A stretch of DNA of 62,659 nucleotides, filler included, from Candidatus Woesearchaeota archaeon (GTDB lineage Archaea > Nanobdellota > Nanobdellia > Woesearchaeales > J072): assembly GCA_003695265.1 (NCBI GenBank). It is 7 parts of 7 records of this genome, joined end to end, with 100 filler letters (N's around TTAATTAATTAA, not from the genome) between each part and the next. Parts side by side here need not be neighbours in the genome. Positions count along the whole stretch, not along the records: positions 36,734 to 43,092 come from RFII01000042.1; positions 43,193 to 46,793 come from RFII01000007.1; 5 more parts are not named here. The stretch is one strand, 5' to 3'. The notes beneath the pieces are model-generated. The model was not told the DNA's origin. It did not search any database and worked only from the letters and a program-made list of their open reading frames with translations. Of this stretch, positions 36,928 through 45,212 are shown one piece after another; within the stretch, counting starts at the first letter, position 1, and every line of letters starts with the position of its first letter. The position numbers were made by a program, and so were the translations under genes.

Positions 36928-37149
36928 GCGGAGGTAGCCAAGCGGTTAAGGCGACCGCCTGCAGACTGCTGTGTTGAGCTTTAAGGCAATGACATGCTGA
37001 CAGCGGTTATTCGGGGGTTCAAACCCAAACTTTTGGGCAAGCCAAAGGTTTGATCAAAATCCCGTCAAGTGAGGTGTTCACAGTTGAACGTGAAACCTCA
37101 CGAGAAAACCTGAGTAACCAGAAGTTTGGTGAAAGTCCCTCCCTCCGCT
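36928..37149 (+). tRNA. tRNA-Cys(GCA) with two introns (37/38: 36965-37001, 37 nt; 59/60: 37024-37135, 112 nt)
   Basis: Acceptor GCGGAGG/CCTCCGC with U73; ACCGC/GCGGT anticodon stem; BHB TTCA-AA^C...CCAAACTTTTGG/CCAGAAGTTTGG...TGAA-AG^T. Confidence 0.88.
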
Positions 37150-38369
37150 TACTTTTTCATATTTAAGAAATGCCTGGAACTTCTTTTTATATCATAAAGA
37201 GGTGACATAACTCTGTCCAGTTCATCAAAGGAATCAAATTTGTAAGCCTCTTCAGGAGATTCTGCATTATGAATTTTCAATATTGCATCACCAAACAGCC
37301 TTGCCATTCTCAGAACAGTTGATTTCTCCTTAAAGCGGTGGTCCCTCAAATCTGCTATGTAAGGCCTAGTATCAGTAACAATGAACTCTTTTACCATAGG
37401 CAATTGTTTTGCAATCCTCTCCTGTATGTCAGCATAAGCCTTTCCTGCCATTACAGCGTGGGTTGCGTATAAAAATGCGTCTTTTGGAATTCCTAAATTA
37501 TGAGATAATTCAGGATTAGTTACCCATAACCATTTCATAACATTGATTATTGTCCCCCCAGTATCTAAGATGTCATCAGGAACAATCAATGTTTTGCCTT
37601 CTAATGTGTCAGTCCCTTCCAAGCGTGGATTGTCAATTATTATTGCATCAGGGTTGTTATCAGCTTCCCTACCCTTATCAAGGTATAATATTCCTGAATT
37701 AACAAGTCCTGTAGCTTTCCTTGTTGCCTCAACAAACCCTCTGCACCCCTCATCGCATGAAACAAAAACTATGTTTTCGCCCTCATGAACAGGGCTCAGG
37801 CTAGACCTCTTCATTAAGTAATGTGCGAGAACCGCTGATGGGCAAATGCTTTGCAAAACCTTTCTACCATTATCAACGCCAAAAGCTTCTGCGTAAATAT
37901 CATACAGCCTTTTGTTGTGCAAATGCATTGTTAAAACCTGATCAACACCACTTATTTGGTACAATCTTGCTTGCCAGGCAGAAGTAACTCCCTTTCCCTT
38001 TAATTTTTTGTCAGGGTCTTCCTTAAAGCCGCGGTCTGCTCTTGAGTAAGCCAAGTCAGGAGACACTACAACAACTTTTTTTGCACCCCAATACTTCGCG
38101 GCGTCAGCAGCTATTCCTGTTCTGGCTGCTAGCTCCTGCGCTGATACAAAAGGACCCTGAGAAACAATCAAATAAACCGTTTTTCCTTCCAAGCCTTCCT
38201 GCCCGTTAAGAATAAAAACAGGGCCGAACTCACCGCTTGAGAATAATTTTGGGTCCATGACATCGACTAAATCAGTGTATTTCCCCAGATGGTCCGCAAC
38301 CTGTTGCGGAAACTCCATGTGAGTCCTGCTGACAGCTGCAATAACTAAATTCTCAAGTGAGTCCCTCAT
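37149..38369 (-). CDS. prs: Ribose-phosphate pyrophosphokinase (divergent, elongated)
   Basis: FSSGE, PDLAYSRADR, LTMHLH, PRT motif IVPDDILDTGGT, YATH. Confidence 0.82.
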   Translation of the reverse strand: MRDSLENLVIAAVSRTHMEFPQQVADHLGKYTDLVDVMDPKLFSSGEFGPVFILNGQEGLEGKTVYLIVSQGPFVSAQELAARTGIAADAAKYWGAKKVVVVSPDLAYSRADRGFKEDPDKKLKGKGVTSAWQARLYQISGVDQVLTMHLHNKRLYDIYAEAFGVDNGRKVLQSICPSAVLAHYLMKRSSLSPVHEGENIVFVSCDEGCRGFVEATRKATGLVNSGILYLDKGREADNNPDAIIIDNPRLEGTDTLEGKTLIVPDDILDTGGTIINVMKWLWVTNPELSHNLGIPKDAFLYATHAVMAGKAYADIQERIAKQLPMVKEFIVTDTRPYIADLRDHRFKEKSTVLRMARLFGDAILKIHNAESPEEAYKFDSFDELDRVMSPLYDIKRSSRHFLNMKK

Positions 38370-38470
38370 ATTGTACCCGTTAAAATTTGTTATATTTATT
38401 CTTTACTATGCAAAACAAAGCATTTTCTGCAACAAAATCTTTAAATATCCTTTCTGCTTGCTTATTTAAA

Positions 38471-38827
38471 ATGGCAAAGAAAAATAATTATGCAACACAT
38501 ATTTCGATTGCGATCTTGGTTGTTATCCTGCTAATAATTATTTTTGCTGGCAGAAGGCCTTCCAAAGACTACAGCGCGTTCGCGAAGTGCCTTACAGAAA
38601 AAGGCGTTAAGATGTACGGGACTGACTGGTGCCCTCATTGCAAAGAGCAGAAAAAAATGTTCGGTGATGCATTTAAGTATGTGGATTATCATAATTGTGA
38701 TATTGATCCAGAATGTGAGAAAGTTGGAGTTCAAGGATACCCTACATGGAGTATTGACGGCAAGCTTTACCCAGGCACTGTAAGGCTTGAAGTGCTAAGC
38801 GAAATGAGTGGTTGCCCTCTCCAATAG
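38471..38827 (+). CDS. Membrane-anchored thioredoxin/glutaredoxin-like protein
   Basis: N-terminal TM; MYGTDWCPHCKEQK; GYPTW; likely start ATG 38471. Confidence 0.85.
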   Translation: MAKKNNYATHISIAILVVILLIIIFAGRRPSKDYSAFAKCLTEKGVKMYGTDWCPHCKEQKKMFGDAFKYVDYHNCDIDPECEKVGVQGYPTWSIDGKLYPGTVRLEVLSEMSGCPLQ

Positions 38828-38863
38828 AAAACATTTTATATTTACTTCTAATCCTTTAGGCTT

Positions 38864-39598
38864 ATGAATACAATAAAAAGAATCTTACTGACGAATAAAG
38901 GTAAAAAATTCTATGTGCGAGACTTAAGCCAAGACATGCACACCCAGCACGGCTTTGTCAAAAAAACTCTTCTCAAAAAGAAAAAAGGCCTTGTAAAAAC
39001 AAATACTGGCGAAACAATGAGCATTTTTGAGCCGAGATTTATTGACGCCTACAACAAAATCAAACGGGGCGCACAGATAATACCATTAAAGGACATAGGA
39101 ATCATTGTTGCTGAGACAGGGATAAATTCGAGAAGCAAAGTTGTTGATGCAGGAGCCGGAAGCGGCGCTTTAGCTTGTTTTTTAGCAAACATAGTAAAAT
39201 CTGTTGTAACATATGAACTAAGGGACGACTTTGCGAAGATTGTGAAGAAAAATATTGATTTCCTCGGATTAAAAAACATCAAGGTAAAGAAAAAAAGCAT
39301 TTATGACGGGATAAGTGAAAAAAACATTGACTTAATAACATTAGACCTGCCAGAGCCGTGGCTTGCCATAGAACCTGCGGCGCAATCCTTGAAAGCAGGA
39401 GGATTCTTGGTTTCTTACAGCCCGACAACACCACAAGTAAGCGACTTTGTTTCTGCTGTTAAAAAGAATAAGAGCTTTGTTTACTTAAAAACAATTGAAA
39501 TAATAGAGAGAGAATGGGAGTTCTCTGATAGGAAAATAAGACCAAAAAGCCAGCCCATTGGCCATAGCGGCTTTCTCAGCTTTGCGAGAAAAGTTTAA
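38864..39598 (+). CDS. trmI: tRNA (adenine-57/58-N1)-methyltransferase
   Basis: RGAQII.LKD, DAGAGSGAL, LDLPEPW, IRP....GHSGFL. Confidence 0.93.
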   Translation: MNTIKRILLTNKGKKFYVRDLSQDMHTQHGFVKKTLLKKKKGLVKTNTGETMSIFEPRFIDAYNKIKRGAQIIPLKDIGIIVAETGINSRSKVVDAGAGSGALACFLANIVKSVVTYELRDDFAKIVKKNIDFLGLKNIKVKKKSIYDGISEKNIDLITLDLPEPWLAIEPAAQSLKAGGFLVSYSPTTPQVSDFVSAVKKNKSFVYLKTIEIIEREWEFSDRKIRPKSQPIGHSGFLSFARKV

Positions 39599-39634
39599 AT
39601 AATGCAAAAATTTCGGCAAGAAAGGTGATGGTAA

Positions 39635-39862
39635 ATGCCAGCGTACATTTTAATTTCGCTGAAAGAAGCGGACGAGGAAAAAATCCTCAAAAAACTCATG
39701 GAAATGAATGAAGTGGAAGAAGCGCACATCTTGTTTGGCGAATGGGACTTAATTGCAAAAATAAGCTTGGACAAACCTGAGGAGCTAGGAACTTTTGTCA
39801 TGGAAAAAATAAGGCCTCTAAAAGAGATCAAGCTGACAAGCACTCTCATAGTCGCCAAATGA
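39635..39862 (+). CDS. Stand-alone Lrp/AsnC ligand-binding (RAM) domain protein
   Basis: AYILI...EAHILFGEWDLIAKI...TSTLI. Confidence 0.88.
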   Translation: MPAYILISLKEADEEKILKKLMEMNEVEEAHILFGEWDLIAKISLDKPEELGTFVMEKIRPLKEIKLTSTLIVAK

Positions 39863-40419
39863 AAAAAGAAGCAAGGATTCTTGGCATAGACGATGCAAGC
39901 TTTGACAAGCACAAAGACAAAGAAGTTCTTGTCATCGGCACAATGTACCGCGGAGGAGACTTCATGGACGGCCTTGTGTCATGCTGGGTGACTAAAGACG
40001 GCAACGACTCAACTGAGAAAATTTCTGAAATGATAAACAAATCCAAGTTTAAGCCTCAGCTTCAGCTGATAATGCTCGACGGCATTGCAGTAGGGGGCTT
40101 TAATGTTGTTGACTTGAAGGAGCTTAGTATAAAAACAGGGCTTCCCGTAATAAACGTTATAAGAAATTATCCTGATTACAAAAAAATTTTTAGTGCTCTT
40201 AAAAAAATAGGCCAGGAAGAAAAGATTAAACTGATTGAAAAAGCAGGTGAAGTGCATAAAGTAAACGATATTTATGTTCAGTTGACAGGCATCTCTTTAG
40301 AAGATGCAAAAGAATTTCTGAGGATATCTTGTGTGAGGGGCAATTATCCTGAGCCCATAAGGATTGCGCACCTGATCGGCTCAGGAATCATTGCCGGAGA
40401 AAGCCACGGCAGGGCTTAA
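39859..40419 (+). CDS. DUF99 family (endonuclease V-like) protein
   Basis: LGIDD, DGNDST, LDGIAVGGFNVVD, PEPIRIAHLI. Confidence 0.9.
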   Translation: MKKEARILGIDDASFDKHKDKEVLVIGTMYRGGDFMDGLVSCWVTKDGNDSTEKISEMINKSKFKPQLQLIMLDGIAVGGFNVVDLKELSIKTGLPVINVIRNYPDYKKIFSALKKIGQEEKIKLIEKAGEVHKVNDIYVQLTGISLEDAKEFLRISCVRGNYPEPIRIAHLIGSGIIAGESHGRA

Positions 40420-41006
40420 GCTTTGCTGCAGTAAACCCTGTAGCCTGCTTTTTTGCCAAGAACACTCACATTTCCAAAAACATCTTCCATTCTCCCAGAA
40501 AGGGCTTTTCCTCCCTTGTTGTGCCTGGCAACTATTTGCAGCAGGCCGTCTTTCAGCAGATAATCCTTTGACTGCTCAATAATGCTAAAACAAACCTTTT
40601 TGCCGGCTGTTTGCGGAGGATTGCATAAAACAGTGTTAAATTTTTCTTTTATATTCTCAAACAAGTCACTTTCAATGACTTCTGCGTTCTTTATACTATT
40701 CCTCTTAACGTTTTTCACGGCAAGGCCTATGGCGCGCTCATTAACATCACTCATAACAACCCTTGCACTTGGAAAAAGCTTTGCTGCAACTATGCCTACT
40801 GGCCCGTAACCGCATCCAAGGTCAAGAACCCTCCATTCCGGCTTTACAATCATATATTTTATTAAAATCATTGTTCCGCTGTCAATTTTCTTAGGGGAGA
40901 ATGTTCCGCTGCCAGTCAAAAAACTGAAGATTTGGTTCTCAAACTCTAAACTAACCTCTCTCAGCCTTAATGGAGAATCCTGTTTTTTTGAAAAATAATG
41001 TGACAT
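40416..41006 (-). CDS. RsmC-like class I SAM methyltransferase
   Basis: MSHYFS, GTFS...IDSGT, LDLGCGYG, CNPP. Confidence 0.9.
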   Translation of the reverse strand: MSHYFSKKQDSPLRLREVSLEFENQIFSFLTGSGTFSPKKIDSGTMILIKYMIVKPEWRVLDLGCGYGPVGIVAAKLFPSARVVMSDVNERAIGLAVKNVKRNSIKNAEVIESDLFENIKEKFNTVLCNPPQTAGKKVCFSIIEQSKDYLLKDGLLQIVARHNKGGKALSGRMEDVFGNVSVLGKKAGYRVYCSKA

Positions 41007-41167
41007 ATGATACTATAAAAATTTGTTTTCTTTAAATAATTTTACAAAGGAGCTCTGTTTCTATTGTAAAAACATTTTAGCATTTACAGTTTTAATTTCT
41101 AATTTTTATTATCATATCAAAAAGTATTAATATCAGTAGTTATAATTAAAACTAAAAAGAGGCAAAA

Positions 41168-41314
41168 ATGATTGATGAAACGCTAATACTCGCATTTGTT
41201 GCAGCTGTCCTATTAGCCATCGCTGTTTCTCTAAGAACTCTTGTTAGTGGAAGAATAAGAGCAATAAAAATAAGGATTGACTTTATTCAGGCAATGAAAA
41301 GAAGGTTAAGATAA
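41168..41314 (+). CDS. Small single-TM protein, 48 aa (MIDETLILAFVAAVLLAIAVSLRTLVSGRIRAIKIRIDFIQAMKRRLR)
   Basis: Not in ORF track; AAGAGG SD; TM followed by basic tail. Confidence 0.55.
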   Translation: MIDETLILAFVAAVLLAIAVSLRTLVSGRIRAIKIRIDFIQAMKRRLR

Positions 41315-41330
41315 AAGAAAAAACAAAAAA

Positions 41331-42011
41331 TTAAGCAATTCCTAATATGTGGTATGCGAGCTTGTCTGCTGCTCTGATTATTTCTTCCTCATCTGTTCCT
41401 CCAACCAAAATGCATCCATTTTTAGCCACTACTGCAGTGATATCGCCAATTCCAAACAATACAACTCCTGTTTCATTCGTTACATCATCACATGTGACTA
41501 CTGGAATATCATCTGAAATTCCCTCTTTCGGCCTTGTAATTGCAGCCCTTGTTGAAATATTCATTATACCATACTTATTACCAATAATCCTGCCAACTTC
41601 AATAGAAGCAATAGCTGTCTTGCTCGTTAAGTTAGGGTCCATTGTCAGATAAATAAATGAGTGATTAAAGTCTTTCGGCTCAACCAAGACGCTTATGTCA
41701 TCAAGAGATTTTGGGTCATACTTGAAAGGAATGTCATAAGGCTGACCGCCTTTCACAATCCTCGTGTACCAAAAAGGGCCGACCTTTACAAATGCAAACC
41801 CATTGTACAAATAGTTGTTTTCTGATTCTTCTCCTGCAAGCGTTTTTCTGTAAAGGTCCTCTATAGTCTCAACATCTTTTGTTAGGAAAAACCTTATTGA
41901 AAAGGCAATAACAAAAAGAATAATTATGAAAATAGCAGAATACAACACTATCTTCAGTCCGCTAACACTATCCTTCTCCTGCTTTTTCTCCTCTTGCTCT
42001 TCACTACTCAT
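41331..42011 (-). CDS. Membrane-anchored hypothetical protein (paralog of 42008-42595)
   Basis: TM; YNGF; IYLTMDP; PVVTC; CILV...DKLAYHILGI. Confidence 0.8.
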   Translation of the reverse strand: MSSEEQEEKKQEKDSVSGLKIVLYSAIFIIILFVIAFSIRFFLTKDVETIEDLYRKTLAGEESENNYLYNGFAFVKVGPFWYTRIVKGGQPYDIPFKYDPKSLDDISVLVEPKDFNHSFIYLTMDPNLTSKTAIASIEVGRIIGNKYGIMNISTRAAITRPKEGISDDIPVVTCDDVTNETGVVLFGIGDITAVVAKNGCILVGGTDEEEIIRAADKLAYHILGIA

Positions 42012-42595
42012 TTTATTATTCCGTAAAGCCCGTACATCAAGCGGTCCTTCAACTCAAGCATTTCAAAGTCTGTTTTCGCCTCAAAAATAATGCAGTTCTC
42101 ATTCATTGTTATCCTTGTTTCATTGCTTTTCCTCATCTCAATCACTGGGATGCTTTCTGTTGCGTTGCCGCATGTTATCAAAGGCAGGTTTTGGTTTTCA
42201 ACAACAGCGCCATTAACAGTGTAAATGTCAAAATCATTTGCCAGATCTTCAGAAATCTCATACCTTGCCAAGTCAATAGACCCTGACAAGTTGTTAAACG
42301 GGTTGTAAGTCAAGTAAACAACTTTTGTGTTAAGAACACTGTCAACAATCTTGCTGTCCATTTTAATGTTCTCAATGTACTCAGGATCATTCCTGAAATA
42401 AACCTTTTTTCCGTTTATTTTAAAGACAAAGGCGTTATTCAAGTAAGAGTATTTGATGTTATTATACTCATATGTTTGCCTGTCTGAGCCGCTGAAAATA
42501 AAGCCAGCAGCGCTGGAAATCATGATAAAAACTATTATAAAAGTTATCACGTTCTTTTTAGAGAACAATCCTTCCTTCTTTCTAGGCCTTGCCAT
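42008..42595 (-). CDS. Membrane-anchored hypothetical protein (paralog of 41331-42011)
   Basis: TM; YNNI; VYLTYNP; PLITC; CIIF...DRLMYGLYGI; 4-nt overlap with the paralog. Confidence 0.8.
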   Translation of the reverse strand: MARPRKKEGLFSKKNVITFIIVFIMISSAAGFIFSGSDRQTYEYNNIKYSYLNNAFVFKINGKKVYFRNDPEYIENIKMDSKIVDSVLNTKVVYLTYNPFNNLSGSIDLARYEISEDLANDFDIYTVNGAVVENQNLPLITCGNATESIPVIEMRKSNETRITMNENCIIFEAKTDFEMLELKDRLMYGLYGIIK

Positions 42596-42674
42596 GACAA
42601 CACGCAAAATTATGATTTATTTAAATATTTTTGGCTGAAAAACAAAAAGATTTTTAAATAATCTAACCAATTTT

Positions 42675-42857
42675 ATGCTTACATTGGTAAAGAAATGCAT
42701 TATTTGCGACAAACCAGCCGAATTTTCTGTTAAAGGCTCAAGCGCTTATTACTGCGTGGATTGCGCCAAAGAGAACTTTGCCAACTTAGACCTGCTGCAA
42801 AGAGTTGAAGAGCAGGCCAAAAAACTGAAAGAAGCAATAAAAGAGCAAGCAGAATAA
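42675..42857 (+). CDS. Small Zn-finger protein
   Basis: CIIC...YCVDC followed by a helical tail. Confidence 0.7.
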   Translation: MLTLVKKCIICDKPAEFSVKGSSAYYCVDCAKENFANLDLLQRVEEQAKKLKEAIKEQAE

Positions 42858-43092
42858 TAGGATTCTTACAAGTTGCAAAAGCGAAATTATTCCTAAATCA
42901 AATTTCCAAGTCTTTTAATATTGCTTTTTGCCCAACACAACCATTTTAAGCAAATTTAACTCACTTAATAGGGATTAGTTTCAATTAAGAGCCTGTTTTT
43001 TTTGGAAAGAGCATGAAGAAGAATCTATTTGTATGCATCTTTTCGATGATCAAAACAATTAATTATTATCCTGTTTTCTTCTAACCTATAAA

Positions 43093-43192
43093 NNNNNNNN
43101 NNNNNNNNNNNNNNNNNNNNNNNNNNNNNNNNNNNNTTAATTAATTAANNNNNNNNNNNNNNNNNNNNNNNNNNNNNNNNNNNNNNNNNNNN
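43093..43192. other. Artificial contig spacer
   Basis: N44-TTAATTAATTAA-N44. Confidence 0.97.
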
Positions 43193-43238
43193 ATTTATAT
43201 TAGTAATCGTTCTCGAGATTAATCAGGTGGTGATACTC

Positions 43239-43415
43239 ATGCAGGAAACTACTTCAAAATTCATAAAGGTCAGGTGCCCTAAATGTAAGAATGAGCAGAT
43301 AATCTTCGGCAAGGGAGCATCTAAAGTGAAATGCTTGGTTTGTGATAAAATAATAGCAGAGCCAACCGGCGGCAAGTCAAAGATTAAAGCCAGAATACTT
43401 GAGGTTCTTGAATAA
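43239..43415 (+). CDS. rps27e: 30S ribosomal protein eS27 (S27e)
   Basis: SKFIKVRCPKCKNEQIIF...CLVC...PTGGK; conserved S27e-aIF2a-nop10-PAC2 order. Confidence 0.95.
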   Translation: MQETTSKFIKVRCPKCKNEQIIFGKGASKVKCLVCDKIIAEPTGGKSKIKARILEVLE

Positions 43416-44192
43416 ATGTTATACCAAAAGAAAGGCTTTCCAGAAGAATCAGAGCTTGTGCTTTGCACAGTCACAAAGATTCAGTACCATTCTGTTTTTG
43501 TTAAGCTGGACGAGTATGAACACACTGGAATGATTCACATTTCTGAGATAAGCCCTGGCAGGATCAGGAACATAAGGGATTATGTTAAGGAAGGCAAAAA
43601 AATTGTTTGCAAGGTTCTCCGCGTTGACCCGAAAAAAAGGCAGATTGACTTGAGCTTGAGAAGAGTTAGTGATGGGCAGAGAAGAGAAAAGGTGAATAGG
43701 ATAAAACAGCAGCAGTTAGCTGAGAAAATAGTTGAATTCATAGCAAAAAAACACGGCAAAGACGTCAAGAAATTATACGATGAGATTTTTGAATTAGTGA
43801 AGAAAGATTATGAAATATTATACGATTTTTTTGAGGATTACACCCTTGGCAATGTGAAACTTGAGAAAGGCGTTCCGAAAAGCCTTGTAAAAGAATTTGA
43901 GGAAATAATAAAACAGAGAATAAAACCAAAGAAGATAAGCATAGGAGGCACTTTGGAGATTAAGAGTTACAGGGCAGATGGCGTTGAGTTCATAAAAAAA
44001 GTGTTAGGAGAAGAGATTAAGAAACATGACAATATTTCAGTCAAGTATGTTGGGGCTGGGAAGTACGACGTTTCTGTTTCAGGAGATGATTACAAAAAAG
44101 CAGAAACAGTATTAAAGGAGTTTATAGGCAACATTGAGAAAGAATTCAAGAGTAATAATGGAACTGCAGAATTCGTGCGCAAGGAAAAATGA
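43416..44192 (+). CDS. eif2a: Translation initiation factor 2 alpha
   Basis: S1 domain LDEY...IHISEI, KIVCKVLRVD...IDLSLRRV. Confidence 0.95.
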   Translation: MLYQKKGFPEESELVLCTVTKIQYHSVFVKLDEYEHTGMIHISEISPGRIRNIRDYVKEGKKIVCKVLRVDPKKRQIDLSLRRVSDGQRREKVNRIKQQQLAEKIVEFIAKKHGKDVKKLYDEIFELVKKDYEILYDFFEDYTLGNVKLEKGVPKSLVKEFEEIIKQRIKPKKISIGGTLEIKSYRADGVEFIKKVLGEEIKKHDNISVKYVGAGKYDVSVSGDDYKKAETVLKEFIGNIEKEFKSNNGTAEFVRKEK

Positions 44193-44362
44193 GGCACATC
44201 CTAAAATGCCCTGAATGTGGAAAGTACACTATGAGAGAAGTCTGCAGCTGCGGCTCAAAAACAATTAACCCAAAACCGCCAAAATACAGTCCAGAAGACC
44301 CTTATGGAAAGTATAGGAGGGCGTCAAAAGAGGAATTGCTTAAGAAAAAAGGATTGATATAA
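44189..44362 (+). CDS. nop10: H/ACA RNP protein Nop10
   Basis: Not in ORF track; MRHILKCPECGKYTMREVCSCG...PPKYSPEDPYGKYRR; overlaps both neighbours. Confidence 0.93.
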   Translation: MRHILKCPECGKYTMREVCSCGSKTINPKPPKYSPEDPYGKYRRASKEELLKKKGLI

Positions 44363-45150
44363 TGTGGACTTTTGAGAAAAAATCAAAAAAACCAGAATTG
44401 AGAAACACGATTCTTATTGAAGGCCTGCCAGGAATAGGGAATGTCGGCAAAATTGCTTTGGATTTCATCATTTCAGAAACAAAAGCTGTTAAGCTGTTTG
44501 AGGTTTCATCATACAGTTTCCCACACTCAGTCTTTATTAATGAGAACAATCTTGTGGAACTTCCATCAATTGAGATTTACTACAGAAAATTTGATGATGA
44601 AAGGCCTGACCTGCTCTTATTAACAGGTGACATCCAGCCAATAGATGAGGAGTCTTGCTATGAATTCTGCGACAAAATACTTGACGTCGCGCAAGAGTTT
44701 GGCTGCAAGGAAGTGATCACGATTGGAGGCATAGGCCTGTCTGAGATTCCGAAAAACCCGAAAATAATGTGCACTGGGAACAACAAGAGAATAATCAGTA
44801 AGTACAAAAAAAACACAGGGATAAGCGACAAACTCTATGGTGTTGTAGGTCCTATAATAGGGGTTTCAGGATTGCTTGTCGGCCTTTCAAAAAAAAGAAA
44901 CATTGATGCTGTATGCCTTCTGGCTGAGACTTTGGGTCATCCAGCGTATGTTGCTGTGAAAGAAGCACAATTAATACTAAAGATTCTTGACCAGAAGCTG
45001 AAACTTAAGATTGACTTAAAATCACTTGATAAGGAGATAAAAGATTTGGAAAAGCAAATGAAGGAAAAGGCAAAGGACATAAGAAAAATGTCAGAGCTTA
45101 AGAACAGGAAATCATTGAAGCAGTTCGGCGACGTGAATTATATTGGTTAA
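44362..45150 (+). CDS. PAC2 family proteasome assembly chaperone
   Basis: EGLPGIGNVGKIA, GDIQP, ITIGG, IIGVSGLL, CLLAET. Confidence 0.9.
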   Translation: MWTFEKKSKKPELRNTILIEGLPGIGNVGKIALDFIISETKAVKLFEVSSYSFPHSVFINENNLVELPSIEIYYRKFDDERPDLLLLTGDIQPIDEESCYEFCDKILDVAQEFGCKEVITIGGIGLSEIPKNPKIMCTGNNKRIISKYKKNTGISDKLYGVVGPIIGVSGLLVGLSKKRNIDAVCLLAETLGHPAYVAVKEAQLILKILDQKLKLKIDLKSLDKEIKDLEKQMKEKAKDIRKMSELKNRKSLKQFGDVNYIG

Positions 45151-45212
45151 GGATTCTTTTCAAAAAAGTTTATAAACCCAAATATGATAAGAATACTAAA
45201 AGAGGTGTTTTT

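Noticed and set aside
42858..43092. AT-rich contig end (likewise 12600-12798 and 54540-54810)
   Set aside because: No convincing ORF, repeat or RNA structure was found by eye
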